A DNA stretch of 64,000 bases from Trichoplax adhaerens. Lineage: Eukaryota; Animalia; Placozoa. The position numbers were made by a program, and so were the translations under genes. The notes beneath the pieces were generated by a model. It was not told where the DNA came from, did no database searches, and was given only the letters and a program-made list of their open reading frames with translations. Positions 27,832 to 39,988 of this stretch are shown piece after piece; the first letter of the stretch is position 1, and each line of letters starts with the position of its first letter. The stretch is from assembly GCF_000150275.1 (NCBI RefSeq), contig NW_002060947.1:5118267-5182266 (forward strand), written 5' to 3'.

Positions 27832-30800
27832 TTTTTCCTTTTCGATGATGCCGTTTACAACTTGAAAAGAAGGATAATAAATTACTGAAAACTGATGCTA
27901 GTGAGTGTTTATTGATTGATATCTTTTAATAAGCTAGTTTTGAACTGCTAGTAACAACTTAGTCCGTCAGAAGTCTGTGGAATTGAAAATTTTAGGGCTT
28001 GAATAAATAATAGTGATTCACGCGATATAATTTACTATTCATGGTAGCCAATAAATAAATATCGACAATGTAATAATTCTTCAGCTCGATATAGACAGTA
28101 GCATACTGGATTCAAGATTTATTTTGACATGGTATTTCTTTTTGAAAATGATAGGAATTCTTCAGTTTGGAAGTGGTTTTATTGTAGGCGCTGTAATAAA
28201 ACTAAACACACTTTAGTTGATAATAGCTTCAATTGAAGCAATCGCTAAAAATAAAGGACTTTCAAAAATTTCAGAAAATACCCAGTGTGTTTTTAATCAA
28301 GATTGTTGTATGTGACGGACATATATGACGCTGTAAACTAATAGACAATAGCTTTTTGTCACTGATTTTAACGATCTGATTATCATACAGAAATAAACTA
28401 ATTTCTTTATGTATTCCTCACTTATCTAATTTATGACACCTTAAGGAAGTAATTAACTATATTAAATAACGAAATTCAGAGAAATTACTTAATATGACAC
28501 AAAACTAAATTGTACTAGAATGATTAATAGTTCAATAAGAGGATTTTCTATTGTGGTAATTGCATTAATTTCAAGAATTAAGTATGTATTTATATGTAGT
28601 TTAAGATTTATAAGTATGCGTTATTTATTCTCAAATCTTTCTTAGTATTCATTAAATCTTAAACATGTTGAGTCTCATAATTTCTATTGTACTTTATATT
28701 TGATTTGAAAGTTTTTTGACTTTTCTTCATTTCTCGTTTGCACATCTAATAAGATTAACTTCAACAATATCTAATTAAGACTGGGCGTAGATGTAAGGGT
28801 GATGTAAACGATCGTAGCACGTACTTTATCTACTGTTTAGATCTAATGTTTCTATGCAAAGGTTCTATGATAAGCTAATGCAACTTAAGTATCGCAATTT
28901 AAACAAGTTATTTAGTGTAACAGCACTATCATATCATGTTGACCAGACTTAGCTACAAAGGGTAGGCTTGCGATAATATTTTAAAAGCGACTTTGACCAA
29001 TAGGAAAGGTTACAAAGTATTTAAAGAAAATATCGGTAAAATATATCTAGAATCTTCAGAGGGTAGCCTAGAAAAGGTGCACTTGTAGTTATTTTTTATA
29101 TTACCGCTACTCAGTGTTCATATTCTTAATGAACTAGAATAAAGTCGCTAGCAAGCTAAGATAATGGAATTGTGCATACTGTTGAAATTCCTATCAAATT
29201 ATAGTGAACAGTAAGTCAAACGAAGAAAAGTAAAGAAATTAATGATTCATTGATTAGCTAAGATATGGAATAGTGGCTGAATGGATTTTCTAAATTATTA
29301 TATGAGCTATTGCTTGTGGAGCTATAAATTTTAATAAAATTCCTAACCTTAAATGCTGACGCATCCAAAATGTTTCATTCAGGAATTTATAGAAAGATCG
29401 ATCTAATCCTGTAAATTACAGTATTTCTACGAGGTATTCATTGTTCCTTCAACTACAGCTTTAACAGGATTTTCTGTAGATTATTCATTTATAATATTCA
29501 ATCAATCAAAAGCATTGCTAATTTTACACAGAATTCAGGGGTAGCGATCAAGGTTAATTCCAGTACTGCAATACTTAATATCTATATAGGAAAGGAAACG
29601 AGTTCAAATTTAGGAATTGAAAAATATAATCACAATAGAAATTACCACGTTCTATGAAATTCATTATTAGGAATTAAACAAACTTAAAAAGAGCGGTCAG
29701 TTGATGAGCAACGATAACAAATTTATTTATATACTAATTGTTTGTTGCTCTCCGCGACATCTAACTACTCTGGCAATCTCATCAATAGAAGATTTCTACC
29801 GTTGCAAAATTAATTATTAGCAAATCGATGTGTTAAAGTAAGAAGATGATTATGAAACCAAACCTATAATGGACCTTTATCAAGAACATTAACGACTAGA
29901 AATTGTTTTAGATAGTTAAATAGCTTAGGTAAGAGCAACAAAGATCTGAAATTTGCTGAAATGATTATGATTTGATAAATTTAGCATTTTAGTAAAAAAA
30001 ACTGTAATAAATCCGATAGAGCCACCACGCTATATTCTTTGTTACTAATTTTAAGGTAATTCATAACTATTCCATTGTTATTCACTATGTAATTTTATAT
30101 CAATGATCGATTTGATAAATTTGTTGCATTTCATCTTCTGATCTATCAGATTTTATTAAATAAATAATTATCTTGCCATACAAACATTTGAAAATATGCA
30201 GATATTGTAGTTTAATCAGCGTTATAAATTGAAAGAAACTTACAGTATACGGGCAATAACATAGGGTTAGCAAGATAAAACTATCATTATTCATATTGAT
30301 TGCATCATATACGAGTTTAATGCAATCTTGCCAATCAATTCTTACTATTTTGATCTTATGATATACTTGTATGATCTTATGAGTAACCTTTAGGAGGAGG
30401 CATACTATCAGTAACCTCTTGTACTAATACTTGGAGTACCCAAAATTCTCTTAGTTGAAAAGTATTATCCACTGGCAACATAAAAGCACACTATGCATGA
30501 ATAATGAGCAATGCGTACATTATGTAGTGATATAAAATAATGATGATAAAAACTTCCAGTATATATAATACAATATATTTTTATACAGTTTTAGAGTGAT
30601 TAGGAAGTTAATCGTATCATTCCATCTATAAATAGTAAATCTTTAAAAGTGATTTCGATAATTAAAATGGGGAATTTTCATTTTCTTTTATACTGTTATA
30701 AAATTTGCGCAAAAGCCAATATACATCGCTAAAACCTTACGTTACTATGCAGAATTTGATAGATGCACAAATTCTGTAAGCGCGATAATAAACTTTAGCA

Positions 30801-31082
30801 CGGTACTATTTGTATGATAATGTCACGGCACGAACTACCGCGAAGAAATAGCTATCTAAATTTGGTTAATATAATATAGTTATATTATATTACAACTAGT
30901 TACTTACGATAGGAATTACTCTAATTATAAATGTGTTACAGTAAATTTAATGCTGTGCTGAAATGTGCACTGAAATGATTCTGTGAATGGACATATTGTA
31001 GTCCGACTGTGAAAAATTAGTTAGTAGATCACAAGTATTTTTATAAGATAACTCGTGAATGTTAGCTGCTGTAGAAGGGTAT

Positions 31083-31712
31083 TGTCACAAAACAGCTTTG
31101 TAACAAGATAACGCAATCTACGATCAATAAGTCAATTCCTTGAACTACGTATCAAGGAACGATATCTGCACTACCACAAACACTTTTGCTCTACTAGCAG
31201 ACTACACAAAGACTTAAACGCCTCGTATTTTACGTTAAACACTAAGTTGGAGAATTCTCTTTATTTCACGATATACTGCATTTATATACTACTCCTCAAT
31301 AGTTCATGAGTCATAGTTAATACAATTAACATTAGAATCATTTACTGAATTAGATATTAATTTTAGCTACTGCTCCCTTAATGCAGACAACAGTATTTAC
31401 AAACATAGACATGTAATGACTAATACAGAATAGTCAGATTACGATATGTCCTATCACGGAACATTTCCATGATAACTTACAGTCTACCTTAAGTAAATTA
31501 CAATCACAATGATTCGAACTGTAAGCAGATGATTTGCATTCCCTATTATAACTATTAATTTCAGTATGTGTATAAGTGTCACTGTCATAAAAAGTCAGTG
31601 CTATATTAAAACACAGTATATCCAAATTAGAAGTTAACTAAATAAGGATAGTCTAACAGAATTATCCTAACATAGTTATTTCTACTGTAATACAGTATTT
31701 AACACTGTAAAA
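31083..31712 (-). mobile_element. Solo LTR, family A copy 2 (about 630 bp)
   Basis: Near-identical to the other family A copies; TGTCACA start on +; far end mutated (ACTGTAAAA); no recognisable TSD. Confidence 0.85.
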
Positions 31713-32418
31713 AATGGCTATATAGTATCACAATAAATTCGTAATGGCCCCAAGTCTAAATTTATCTCATGACTTCACCCATAAGCCTTTTTGTTTCTTA
31801 ATTATATTAAGTTGAGAACTATGTAAACATGATTATGTCATTGATTTAGAAATGTACAATCGTATAAGAAACATTAATGTTGTGAGAATTTTTTTAATAC
31901 GATTAAGTAGATTTCTACAACTTTTGTACCGAAATTATTCGTTTTCCTATAGATGCAGATATTGACAACGGTATTTTATAATAGACTATTTGGTGATTTA
32001 GACTTCATTTTTACATAAATTCGCGTACTTTAGGTCGTTGAAAAGTACAGGGAATATAAGTAGATAGGTAAACAACCTATGATCTCTTACTAGCTAAGAG
32101 ATGGGAATTATTAAAATTCCTTGTCTAATAAAGTGTAACTAATTACTCAAATTGCAGTTAAAACTAAATTAGGCATAAGTTTTAAGACAATCTAACGCTA
32201 TAAACTACTAAATATTAAAGAAATGAATATTTTAGATATATAAAGTTATATAAAGTTCAGCAACGAGAATTTGTGTCGTTAAATTCAGCTATCTTACTAT
32301 CACATTGATCCTAACTACTATCTACAATAAAGTATTCTCTTTTCTTAAGCTCCAAGTGCAATTCTCTGCATGACAACTAAAACCACATTATCTGACCCTT
32401 CGAACCCTCCATCACAAT

Positions 32419-32436
32419 TGGCGACGAGGATGGGAT
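32419..32436 (+). promoter_or_regulatory. LTR-retrotransposon primer-binding site complementary to the 3' end of tRNA-Ser(GCT)
   Basis: TGGCGACGAGGATGGGAT is the reverse complement of the animal tRNA-Ser(GCT) 3' end ...ATCCCATCCTCGTCG-CCA as I recall it. It lies 2 nt after a candidate LTR end (...ATCACA, 32416) and overlaps the gag ATG. Confidence 0.8.
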
Positions 32437-32944
32437 CCTCATTCAAAGCTTTTCCTGGTCCGTATGATATTAACTCAGATTCGTGGTTAATATATAAAAA
32501 GCAATTCGAAAATTTCCTGAAGGGAAACTACGTTGACGATGGAATAGCTCTTCACTTATTTTTGACATTAGTTGGGGCTGACACTACAATGTAGCCACTA
32601 GTTGTGCTAACCCAACTGCACCTGAAAATTGCACACTAGACGAACTGCTGGCGATGCTTACGAAACATTTTGTGCCTAGCAAACTTATGCATGCGGAACG
32701 CTATCGATTCTAGACTAATGTGCAAAGAGATGGAGAATCCATTCCTAACTACTTTGCCAGAATTCGAAACTTAGCTACCAGTTGCGAATTTGAAGCCTCC
32801 TCGCTTCAAACAAATTTGTTGGATGCCTTCATACTGGGGCTACGTGATATACTCACAGTAAGAAAATTCTTGCTAGAAAGAAATCTAAGGCAGGAAACGG
32901 CGGTATTTATAGTTACAGCATTAGAACACATGCAAAAAACATGA
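32430..32944 (+). pseudogene. gag: Degenerate Ty3/gypsy (Mag-like) gag fragment
   Basis: MGSSFKAFPGPYDINSDSWLIYKKQFENFLKGN...FLTLVG, frameshift at about 32585, then YNVATSCANPTAPENCTLDELLAMLTKHFVP...AERYRF, TAG at 32711, then ...VQRDGESIPNYFARIRNLATSCEF...LLDAFILGLRD. This is the retrotransposon gag signature ERxxF..Q..GES...Y...R.LA..C.F...D.F..GL. No pol follows. Confidence 0.85.
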
Positions 32945-33553
32945 TTGTAGGATTAGATATAAAATATACCATAACAGGTTATAGAATAGCAGATGATAGT
33001 AGAAAATAGCAAGGACTGTAATAACTAAATGTAGTAAGCCATATTTGAATGTAGAGCGAACAAACTGTAAATGTGTCTGTATTTAATAGCAATACAAAAT
33101 ATCTATATTTAAGAGTAGATTACAGTAACAGTACAATCAAAATACACTACACTTACTTACAATAGTAAATGTTAAACCAGGTAGAAAGAGACAAAGTTAA
33201 TAAATGAAACAAGCAATTATTTCATTGTTATTCACAAGAAATTATTATATATTTCAAGAAATCAGTAAGAACAGAACAACACAATAAACAATTTTGCTGC
33301 CATCCTTTTTGCAGTAAGTTGCTCAGTAAATGTCGTTAAGCTTTCTAATCTTTACATAAATCTCGTGGAAAAGTAGTTATAAGTTAGTAAACGTTCTATA
33401 GGATTTTAAAACTAAATGGCCTCGTTTAAATAGCATAAAGGCATCTGGGAAAATTTCATTATTGGCTGAAAACAAATAAATTTTGTGATATTATATCGAA
33501 ATAACGCTACCCTACTTTCATTTTTTTCTGGGCTAGCGATAATTAAATTAAGT

Positions 33554-34618
33554 TCAGAGCAGAATATCTTCACTAGGAGAATTATAAAGAATAAACCTGT
33601 TCGGCTGAACTGCATTTGTATGGCCAGTTACTACTGCATCACGATTAATTTCTTGAACTAAATTGTGTTTGTAATGCATTAGTTTTCTTAAAATTTTTAA
33701 GGATTTTTTTCTAACATTTTGATCAAATTGTAAACATAAAAATGGATTGATCACAGCAATGCCCACTGTTGACGAAAATGAAGCAAATGCTAAAATATAC
33801 AAAATTATATGACTTTTTCCGATTTGCCGCATTGATTTGCCTGTAATAGCCATGCCAATGTCAGTAGCAAAGAAAGGCCAGGTGCTCAACAAGAATGATG
33901 CCGTGATAATAATTAGAGCTTTTATAGATTTTTTCTTTCTAAGTTGGTCGTCTTCTCGGTTAGCATTTGTTATATTGCCTGGCCTAACGTAGTGTATTTG
34001 ATGATTAACAATGCTACCATAACAGAATATCAAAATTCCTGAAGGAATTAAGTACATAACGATTGCCATGGATATTAAATATATAGATTGTTGTAGATTA
34101 ACATTAGCATAATCGTAAAGTTCTGTGTCATCAGGATATACATTATTAAACCAAGCAGCAGGTAAATTAATTCCGATGGCAATAATAACTGAAACAATTT
34201 GTGCTATCACAAGAAATCGATTCTTGTGCTTCCTGTACAACTGTGAATGCGGTTTTATAATGGCAAAGTATCTATCGACGCTTATCATGCACAAGGTAAA
34301 AACTGATACCGTATAGGAAGTTACCACAATATAGAAAAAGATTCGACATAGATAGCCACCAACGATATAACTATTGTCGAAGGCAGTTATAAATGTGAAA
34401 CCAAGAACCGCGGTAAAGGTTGATATTATATCAGAAATAATCGTTACTCGAATTAGATAATACGTCACCTTGTAAAAATATGAATCTTTAGTGATTACAT
34501 ACAGCACGAAAATATTCGCCAGTATTCCGACTGTTAAAACTGGAATAGCTGCTATGACTGCATAACCATTAATGGTAGAAAATATGCTTTTATGATCATG
34601 ATTACTAGAGTTATTCAT
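33554..34618 (-). CDS. Intronless class A orphan GPCR, array copy 8 (subfamily I; lost the ECL2 Cys and the NPxxY Tyr)
   Basis: 354-aa 7TM ORF; GILAN, IRVTIISD, SVDRYFAIIKP, VYPDDTELYD (C>Y), YVRPG, TWPFF, INPFLC (Y>C). Confidence 0.9.
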   Translation of the reverse strand: MNNSSNHDHKSIFSTINGYAVIAAIPVLTVGILANIFVLYVITKDSYFYKVTYYLIRVTIISDIISTFTAVLGFTFITAFDNSYIVGGYLCRIFFYIVVTSYTVSVFTLCMISVDRYFAIIKPHSQLYRKHKNRFLVIAQIVSVIIAIGINLPAAWFNNVYPDDTELYDYANVNLQQSIYLISMAIVMYLIPSGILIFCYGSIVNHQIHYVRPGNITNANREDDQLRKKKSIKALIIITASFLLSTWPFFATDIGMAITGKSMRQIGKSHIILYILAFASFSSTVGIAVINPFLCLQFDQNVRKKSLKILRKLMHYKHNLVQEINRDAVVTGHTNAVQPNRFILYNSPSEDILL

Positions 34619-37600
34619 GAATATATTGAATGAATGATTTCGTCGTAGTCGAAGTACAAATACCAGCCAATTAGCTGATGCACTTAATAATTACAATGAT
34701 TCCACGACAAGTATGTGTTATTTTCAGTATATGAAGTTAATTTGAGATGTTATGTGAACGATTCGTTTCAAAACTATAATTTCATACTCATCCATACACG
34801 AAGGAATCAAACATAACAGTAAACTCGTTGGTCGACCAAAAGTGAATTGTATGAAAGATGTAACTGGAAGTTACGGATAAGTGTTTAATTCCAGCAATTT
34901 TAATTAATTTAATTAATGATATGATAAAGATAATGAATTTAAATTAAGCTAAAATAATAAAAATAGAAAAACTATTTATTACGTAGATGAATAATTAGAT
35001 AAATTTGTCATTTGTAATACTTGTCTGGTGATGATTGTTTGACAATAAACTTTACTGGGAAAATAAAACAATATTTTATCCAGTTCAAACACAAACTTAC
35101 AACGACAACATCAATATAATTTTATTTTTTGAAATTACTGTCAAAACAAATACAATATAATAGTGATAAAAGCATTTTACTTAAAATTATGATGATTTCA
35201 TAAGGGACTATTATTACTGATTGTCTCAAAGTGACTTACCCTAACTAATTGTTACCTTATTTTCATCAGATAATATGCTTTGGTATTTGTTGAAATACCG
35301 TTACCTATGACGTTATACGTGTTACTGTTCAGTATTTAGAATCGTAATGTAGGTAGACATCAGGGAGGACAAACCTGACAGTGAGCTCATGATGTTAATA
35401 TTCTGTAATAGTACCTTTTTTCTCGTTACAAATTTTGAATTGTAACATCCATACGTAGAATAATTTGAATACATTGAATAAACTACCTTTAAAACTTTTC
35501 AGGTACTACAATAGGAGGACCATGATATATTTTACTCTATTACATTCATACCGTACGTCATTAATCTTTGTTACTTTGTAATAGTATCATTTCTATTTTA
35601 AGATTTCATTAAAATCAGTCTCCATTAGCGATAATTTCTGTAAGGCTTACTAAAACCTCTATACTACCTTCCACATCATTAAATAGATATTGATTGTAAC
35701 TGTTATTTTTTCAGTTTTACGCGATTTATAATATATTTTGTAGCAAAGATCTTTGGTTTTAGCCTGAAAGCGCTCATCATAACGTCGATTAATTCATCAT
35801 CAAGTTTTCAGAAATTGTTCTCTCTAATTCATGCTATTACAGTGCCTCTATGTCAAAAGGAGTAATTGATGTTAAGTGTTTTAGCCGTCTCTCATGCAAT
35901 AAACTTGGCTATAGTGAACTAGCACTGCACAGTATGGTATGTCTGGAATAGCTTTTTAATTTTAACCAGTTTTGATCGTATCTGCAATCTATTATCACGT
36001 AATAAAAATATCACCTTATTAAGTAAAATCCGTTAAATAACACTGTGATAAAGTGATCTTCGAAACAATAAATCAAGAACAACAGAAGTTAGGTTCGTCT
36101 AACTACCAAGGACTATCTGACTATCTGACAATCTACTTATTACAGCAAAATTCACGATTTATATACGATTAGTTACAGAATGCTTTTACTGTAACAAATC
36201 TTATCTTGCCCATTAAGTCGCAAGATTTTACGTCTTATAGAGTTGCATCTTTAACGATGATATTATAAAATCTAACTAAGGTTGATGGTTATAGTAAATG
36301 AAAGCTAATTGGGCTTCATGAGTAGAAGGAGCATCAAGATATTCAATTTTAAGAAACATGCACATAAATACGACTAGTAGTTAACTTAATAGAGTGTTTT
36401 AGGGACCTCTCGATGATTCCAAATGAACAGCTTGATTTAAAGGTTAGGAATAGAAGTGATGTGATGATTTAAATAGCATATTAGTTTAGAAATTTATATG
36501 TAAGAGGATAATTTACCATGGTAGGAATTAACTATTGTTGTCATCATGGAGAATTGGTAGCTTTAATTAAGCATTGAATGGTTCCATTCAGACGTTTATT
36601 TAGCTGGGAATCATTAAATAACATCAATATATATGAACTATGCTCTGATGCATGTAAACGTGATGTTTCTATAAGTTGAGATAATGAATAAGAGATGAAG
36701 TAACAAATACCTTACGTATTATGAAAAAAATCTATCAGGAGATGCTCTTTTCGAAGTAAACGATATTGCAAATAATATTCATTATGAGGAGTACATTACA
36801 AGTAATACAATAGTACATGTGTACTATTTAATCCTTAAGCCTCAGCTTTTGAAATAGTTTCGAATATAATTAGCAGTTAACAACGTTTGGCTGAATTATT
36901 GCAAAATCTTATTTGAGATTGTCCTCAGGGTTGTTGCTTGATTAATTAATACTACGTAGACCTGTTCTACTTTTAGTGCATGTTCTTTAACTATACTGTA
37001 GATGTAAGTGTATTGTATCCTACATTTTTAAGCGGTATAGCATGCATTCTGCGATAGTGCATTAAATGTGGTGTTCATAAATTTATGACGAAGTTCTGAG
37101 GGTATGTAATGTATTTCAGTGTATTATTAGTATCAGAAAGAATACTGACTTTATGAATTGTGTAATCAGGTTTGATATTGGGAATACAGTTAGCAATACA
37201 GGTCAATATTATCAAATAAAAACATGGAGCAGATTTTTAAGACACCGTTGGTAAAGAATATATATGCTACGTATATAGTTCGATTATATTGAAAATGCCG
37301 ACATCGAGTTCAGCCTGTAAATAAATGTAAGCCAATATTACTTTAAAGTGGTTTTATGTTAGGTTACAAAGCTGAATAGGATGAAATTCGCTTCAAAGCG
37401 AGGCATCATGGTTGCTTAATAGTTGTAATCAAATATTACTATGATTTGCAGCTAGCTAGCTATTCTAGCAAGAGATGAATTAGGCACAATTAAATGTACG
37501 ATAATACAGCTAATTAGCAACTGGTGTATGCTGTGTGACTTGCATATTTATATTTCTTAAATACATACTGTACATGGATAGTATAATTTATGAATAAAAG

Positions 37601-37891
37601 TAAACAAAAAGATTATCCTTGTGAAAGTTGAAAACTTAATTTCCAAGTACATATTATATTTATGTTTCACTTGACCTAATGCAAGTAATTAGTTAAATAT
37701 TTTACAGCTTGTTGCAACTGACATAGCTTAGCTTCGACTTGTAATCTGCCCAATTAAGCATTAATTAGTGAGTATATGCTATAATTTAATAGCAATCTAA
37801 CGAGGTCAAAATTTATTATTCTAATAATGAAACATAAAACAAAAATTTTGATCGTACTTTATTTAACGTCGGTCTTTATAAGTTTTGGTAT

Positions 37892-38893
37892 TTAGCTGGC
37901 TATTATTCGTAGTTTAGAAGTGTTCTTGTACAAGAAGTACTTTTGGATGTAAAGCCAAGCCTTTCTCTTAATATTGCAGTCAAATTTCAGATACAAAAAT
38001 GGATTTAATACTGATATGAAAAGGGTTGTAGAAAATGATAAGAAAGAAAGAATATAATACGTAGCATTTTCATTTTTTATATCTCGTAGTGATTTTCCTG
38101 TTATGATTATAGCTACTCCAATAGCAAAGAATGGCCATGTTATCGATAAATAAGATGCAGTTATAGTAATTAAAGCTTTAGTGAATTTTTTCCTTTTCAT
38201 TTGCTCATCTTTTTGACTTCGTTCAGAAATATTTCCAGGTCTAATATGGTTATATTGATGCCAGTATATACTGCCATATGTGAATAGTAAAATAATAGTT
38301 GGTACGATGTACATTGTGATGATAGCTGTCATCAGAAATGCTCTTGCGAAAGAATCAATACTAACAAAATCGCATAGCCCGGGGTCATCAGGATAGACAT
38401 CAACATAAAATATTACTGGAATATTTATAGTAACTGACATTAATACGGCACATAATACTAGTGAAGTTAAGAATTTTCTTTTATAACGCAAATAAAATCT
38501 CGAAAAGGGTTTTAAAGTTATAAAATATCGATCAATACTTATTATGCATAAAGTAAATATAGATACGGAGTAAGAACTTAATATGGTGTAGAGAAATAGT
38601 CGGCAAAAACTAGAACCTAGAGCATAACTAATCTTAACAGTATCGCCGACTAAAACTGCTACACAACCTAATAATGTAACAACAGTGTCAGAAATAATAG
38701 AAATACGAACTAAATAATATGTGGGCTTATAGAAATCACGATCATAAGTGATAATACGAAATACAAAGATATTTGCAATGCATCCAATAATTAAAGAAGG
38801 GAAAGTAGCAAGAGCGGCGATAGTCCTAATAATATCGTAATTGTTCGTTCCATTTCTGAAGGTGTTATTAGAAATGCTACCGGAAACATTCAT
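37892..38893 (-). CDS. Intronless class A orphan GPCR, array copy 9 (subfamily I)
   Basis: 333-aa 7TM ORF; GCIAN, VRISIISD, SIDRYF, VYPDDPGLCD, HIRPG, TWPFF, LNPFLYLKFD. Confidence 0.95.
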   Translation of the reverse strand: MNVSGSISNNTFRNGTNNYDIIRTIAALATFPSLIIGCIANIFVFRIITYDRDFYKPTYYLVRISIISDTVVTLLGCVAVLVGDTVKISYALGSSFCRLFLYTILSSYSVSIFTLCIISIDRYFITLKPFSRFYLRYKRKFLTSLVLCAVLMSVTINIPVIFYVDVYPDDPGLCDFVSIDSFARAFLMTAIITMYIVPTIILLFTYGSIYWHQYNHIRPGNISERSQKDEQMKRKKFTKALITITASYLSITWPFFAIGVAIIITGKSLRDIKNENATYYILSFLSFSTTLFISVLNPFLYLKFDCNIKRKAWLYIQKYFLYKNTSKLRIIAS

Positions 38894-39357
38894 GATCTTA
38901 TTTTTACTGGCATTCCAAGCAAAGCTGCTATCCTATTTAGAATGCAGAATTAAAATAGCTTTAATATGCGTCTTCACAGATACAGGACCCATGTTTACTT
39001 TTCAGCTTTAATGTTTAACGACTTGTAATTAGCAAAGGATGCCATCTACAGTACAAAATGTTAATTAATTTATAGCATGTATGGTTGTATTACTTTCAAA
39101 ATTTTAAGTAATTTGACAAAGGCTTAGAATTCAAGTTTCGTAACTATGTGCTATCGACTGCTTTTACAAATATGCATAGGCTGGCTAGGCTATAATTGAA
39201 GTCATAATGTCAAACAGTCATTAGTCTGTTTGAAAGTTATTATAGGCTTATTATAGTCAATAAAATCTATGGTAAAACAAAATGATTCGTATTAAAAAGA
39301 ACTTATCGTGCCAGACAAAGTTTATAAGTAATTTATTATAAAATACGAAAGTGCGAT

Positions 39358-39988
39358 TGTTACAGTGTTAAATACTGTATTACAGTAGAAATAACTATGT
39401 TAGGATAATTCTGTTAGACTATCCTTATTTAGTTAACTTCTAATTTGGATATACTGTGTTTTAATATAGCACTGACTTTTTATGACAGTGACACTTATAC
39501 ACATACTGAAATTAATAGTTATAATAGGGAATGCAAATCATCTACTTACAGTTCGAATCATTGTGATTGTAATTTACTTATGGTAGACTGTAAGTTATCA
39601 TGGAAATGTTCCGTGATAGGACATATCGTAATCTGACTATTCTGTATTAGTCATTACATGTCTATGTTCGTAAATACTGTTATCTGCATTAAGGGAGCAG
39701 TAGCTAAAATTAATATCTAATTCAGTAAATGATTCTAATGTTAATTGTATTAACTATGACTCATGAACTATTGAGGAATAGTATATAAATGCAGTATATC
39801 GTAAAATAAAGAAGAATTGTCCAACTTAGTGTTTAACGTAAAATACGAGGCGTTTAAGTCTTTGTGTAGTCTGCTAGTAGAGCAAAAGTGCTCGTGATAG
39901 TGCAGATATCGTTCCTTGATACGTAGTTCAAGGAATTGACTTTTTGATCGTAGATTACGTTATCTTGTTGCAAAGCTGTTTTGAGACA
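39358..39988 (+). mobile_element. Solo LTR, family A copy 3 (631 bp)
   Basis: TGTTACAG...TTTGAGACA; perfect TSD GCGAT (39353-39357 and 39989-39993); GTATATAAAT followed about 20 nt later by AATAAA, which gives the sense orientation. Confidence 0.9.

Noticed and set aside
30821-31082. TGTCACGGCAC LTR-like start immediately left of family A copy 2
   Set aside because: No matching right terminus or TSD found. It may be a truncated host LTR, but this is unsupported.
31434-31625. 63-aa ORF repeated almost identically at 39445-39636
   Set aside because: Both lie inside family A LTR copies and start at TTG. The similarity reflects the repeat, not protein conservation.
32946-33161. TGTAGG...CTTACA segment that truncates the gag remnant
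   Set aside because: Flanks ATGAT/ATAGT match only 3/5 and there is no second copy in the window.
35320-35447. TGTTAC...GTAACA 128-bp segment with a terminal hairpin
   Set aside because: The candidate TSD ATACG is displaced by 3 nt on the right; suggestive but not sufficient.
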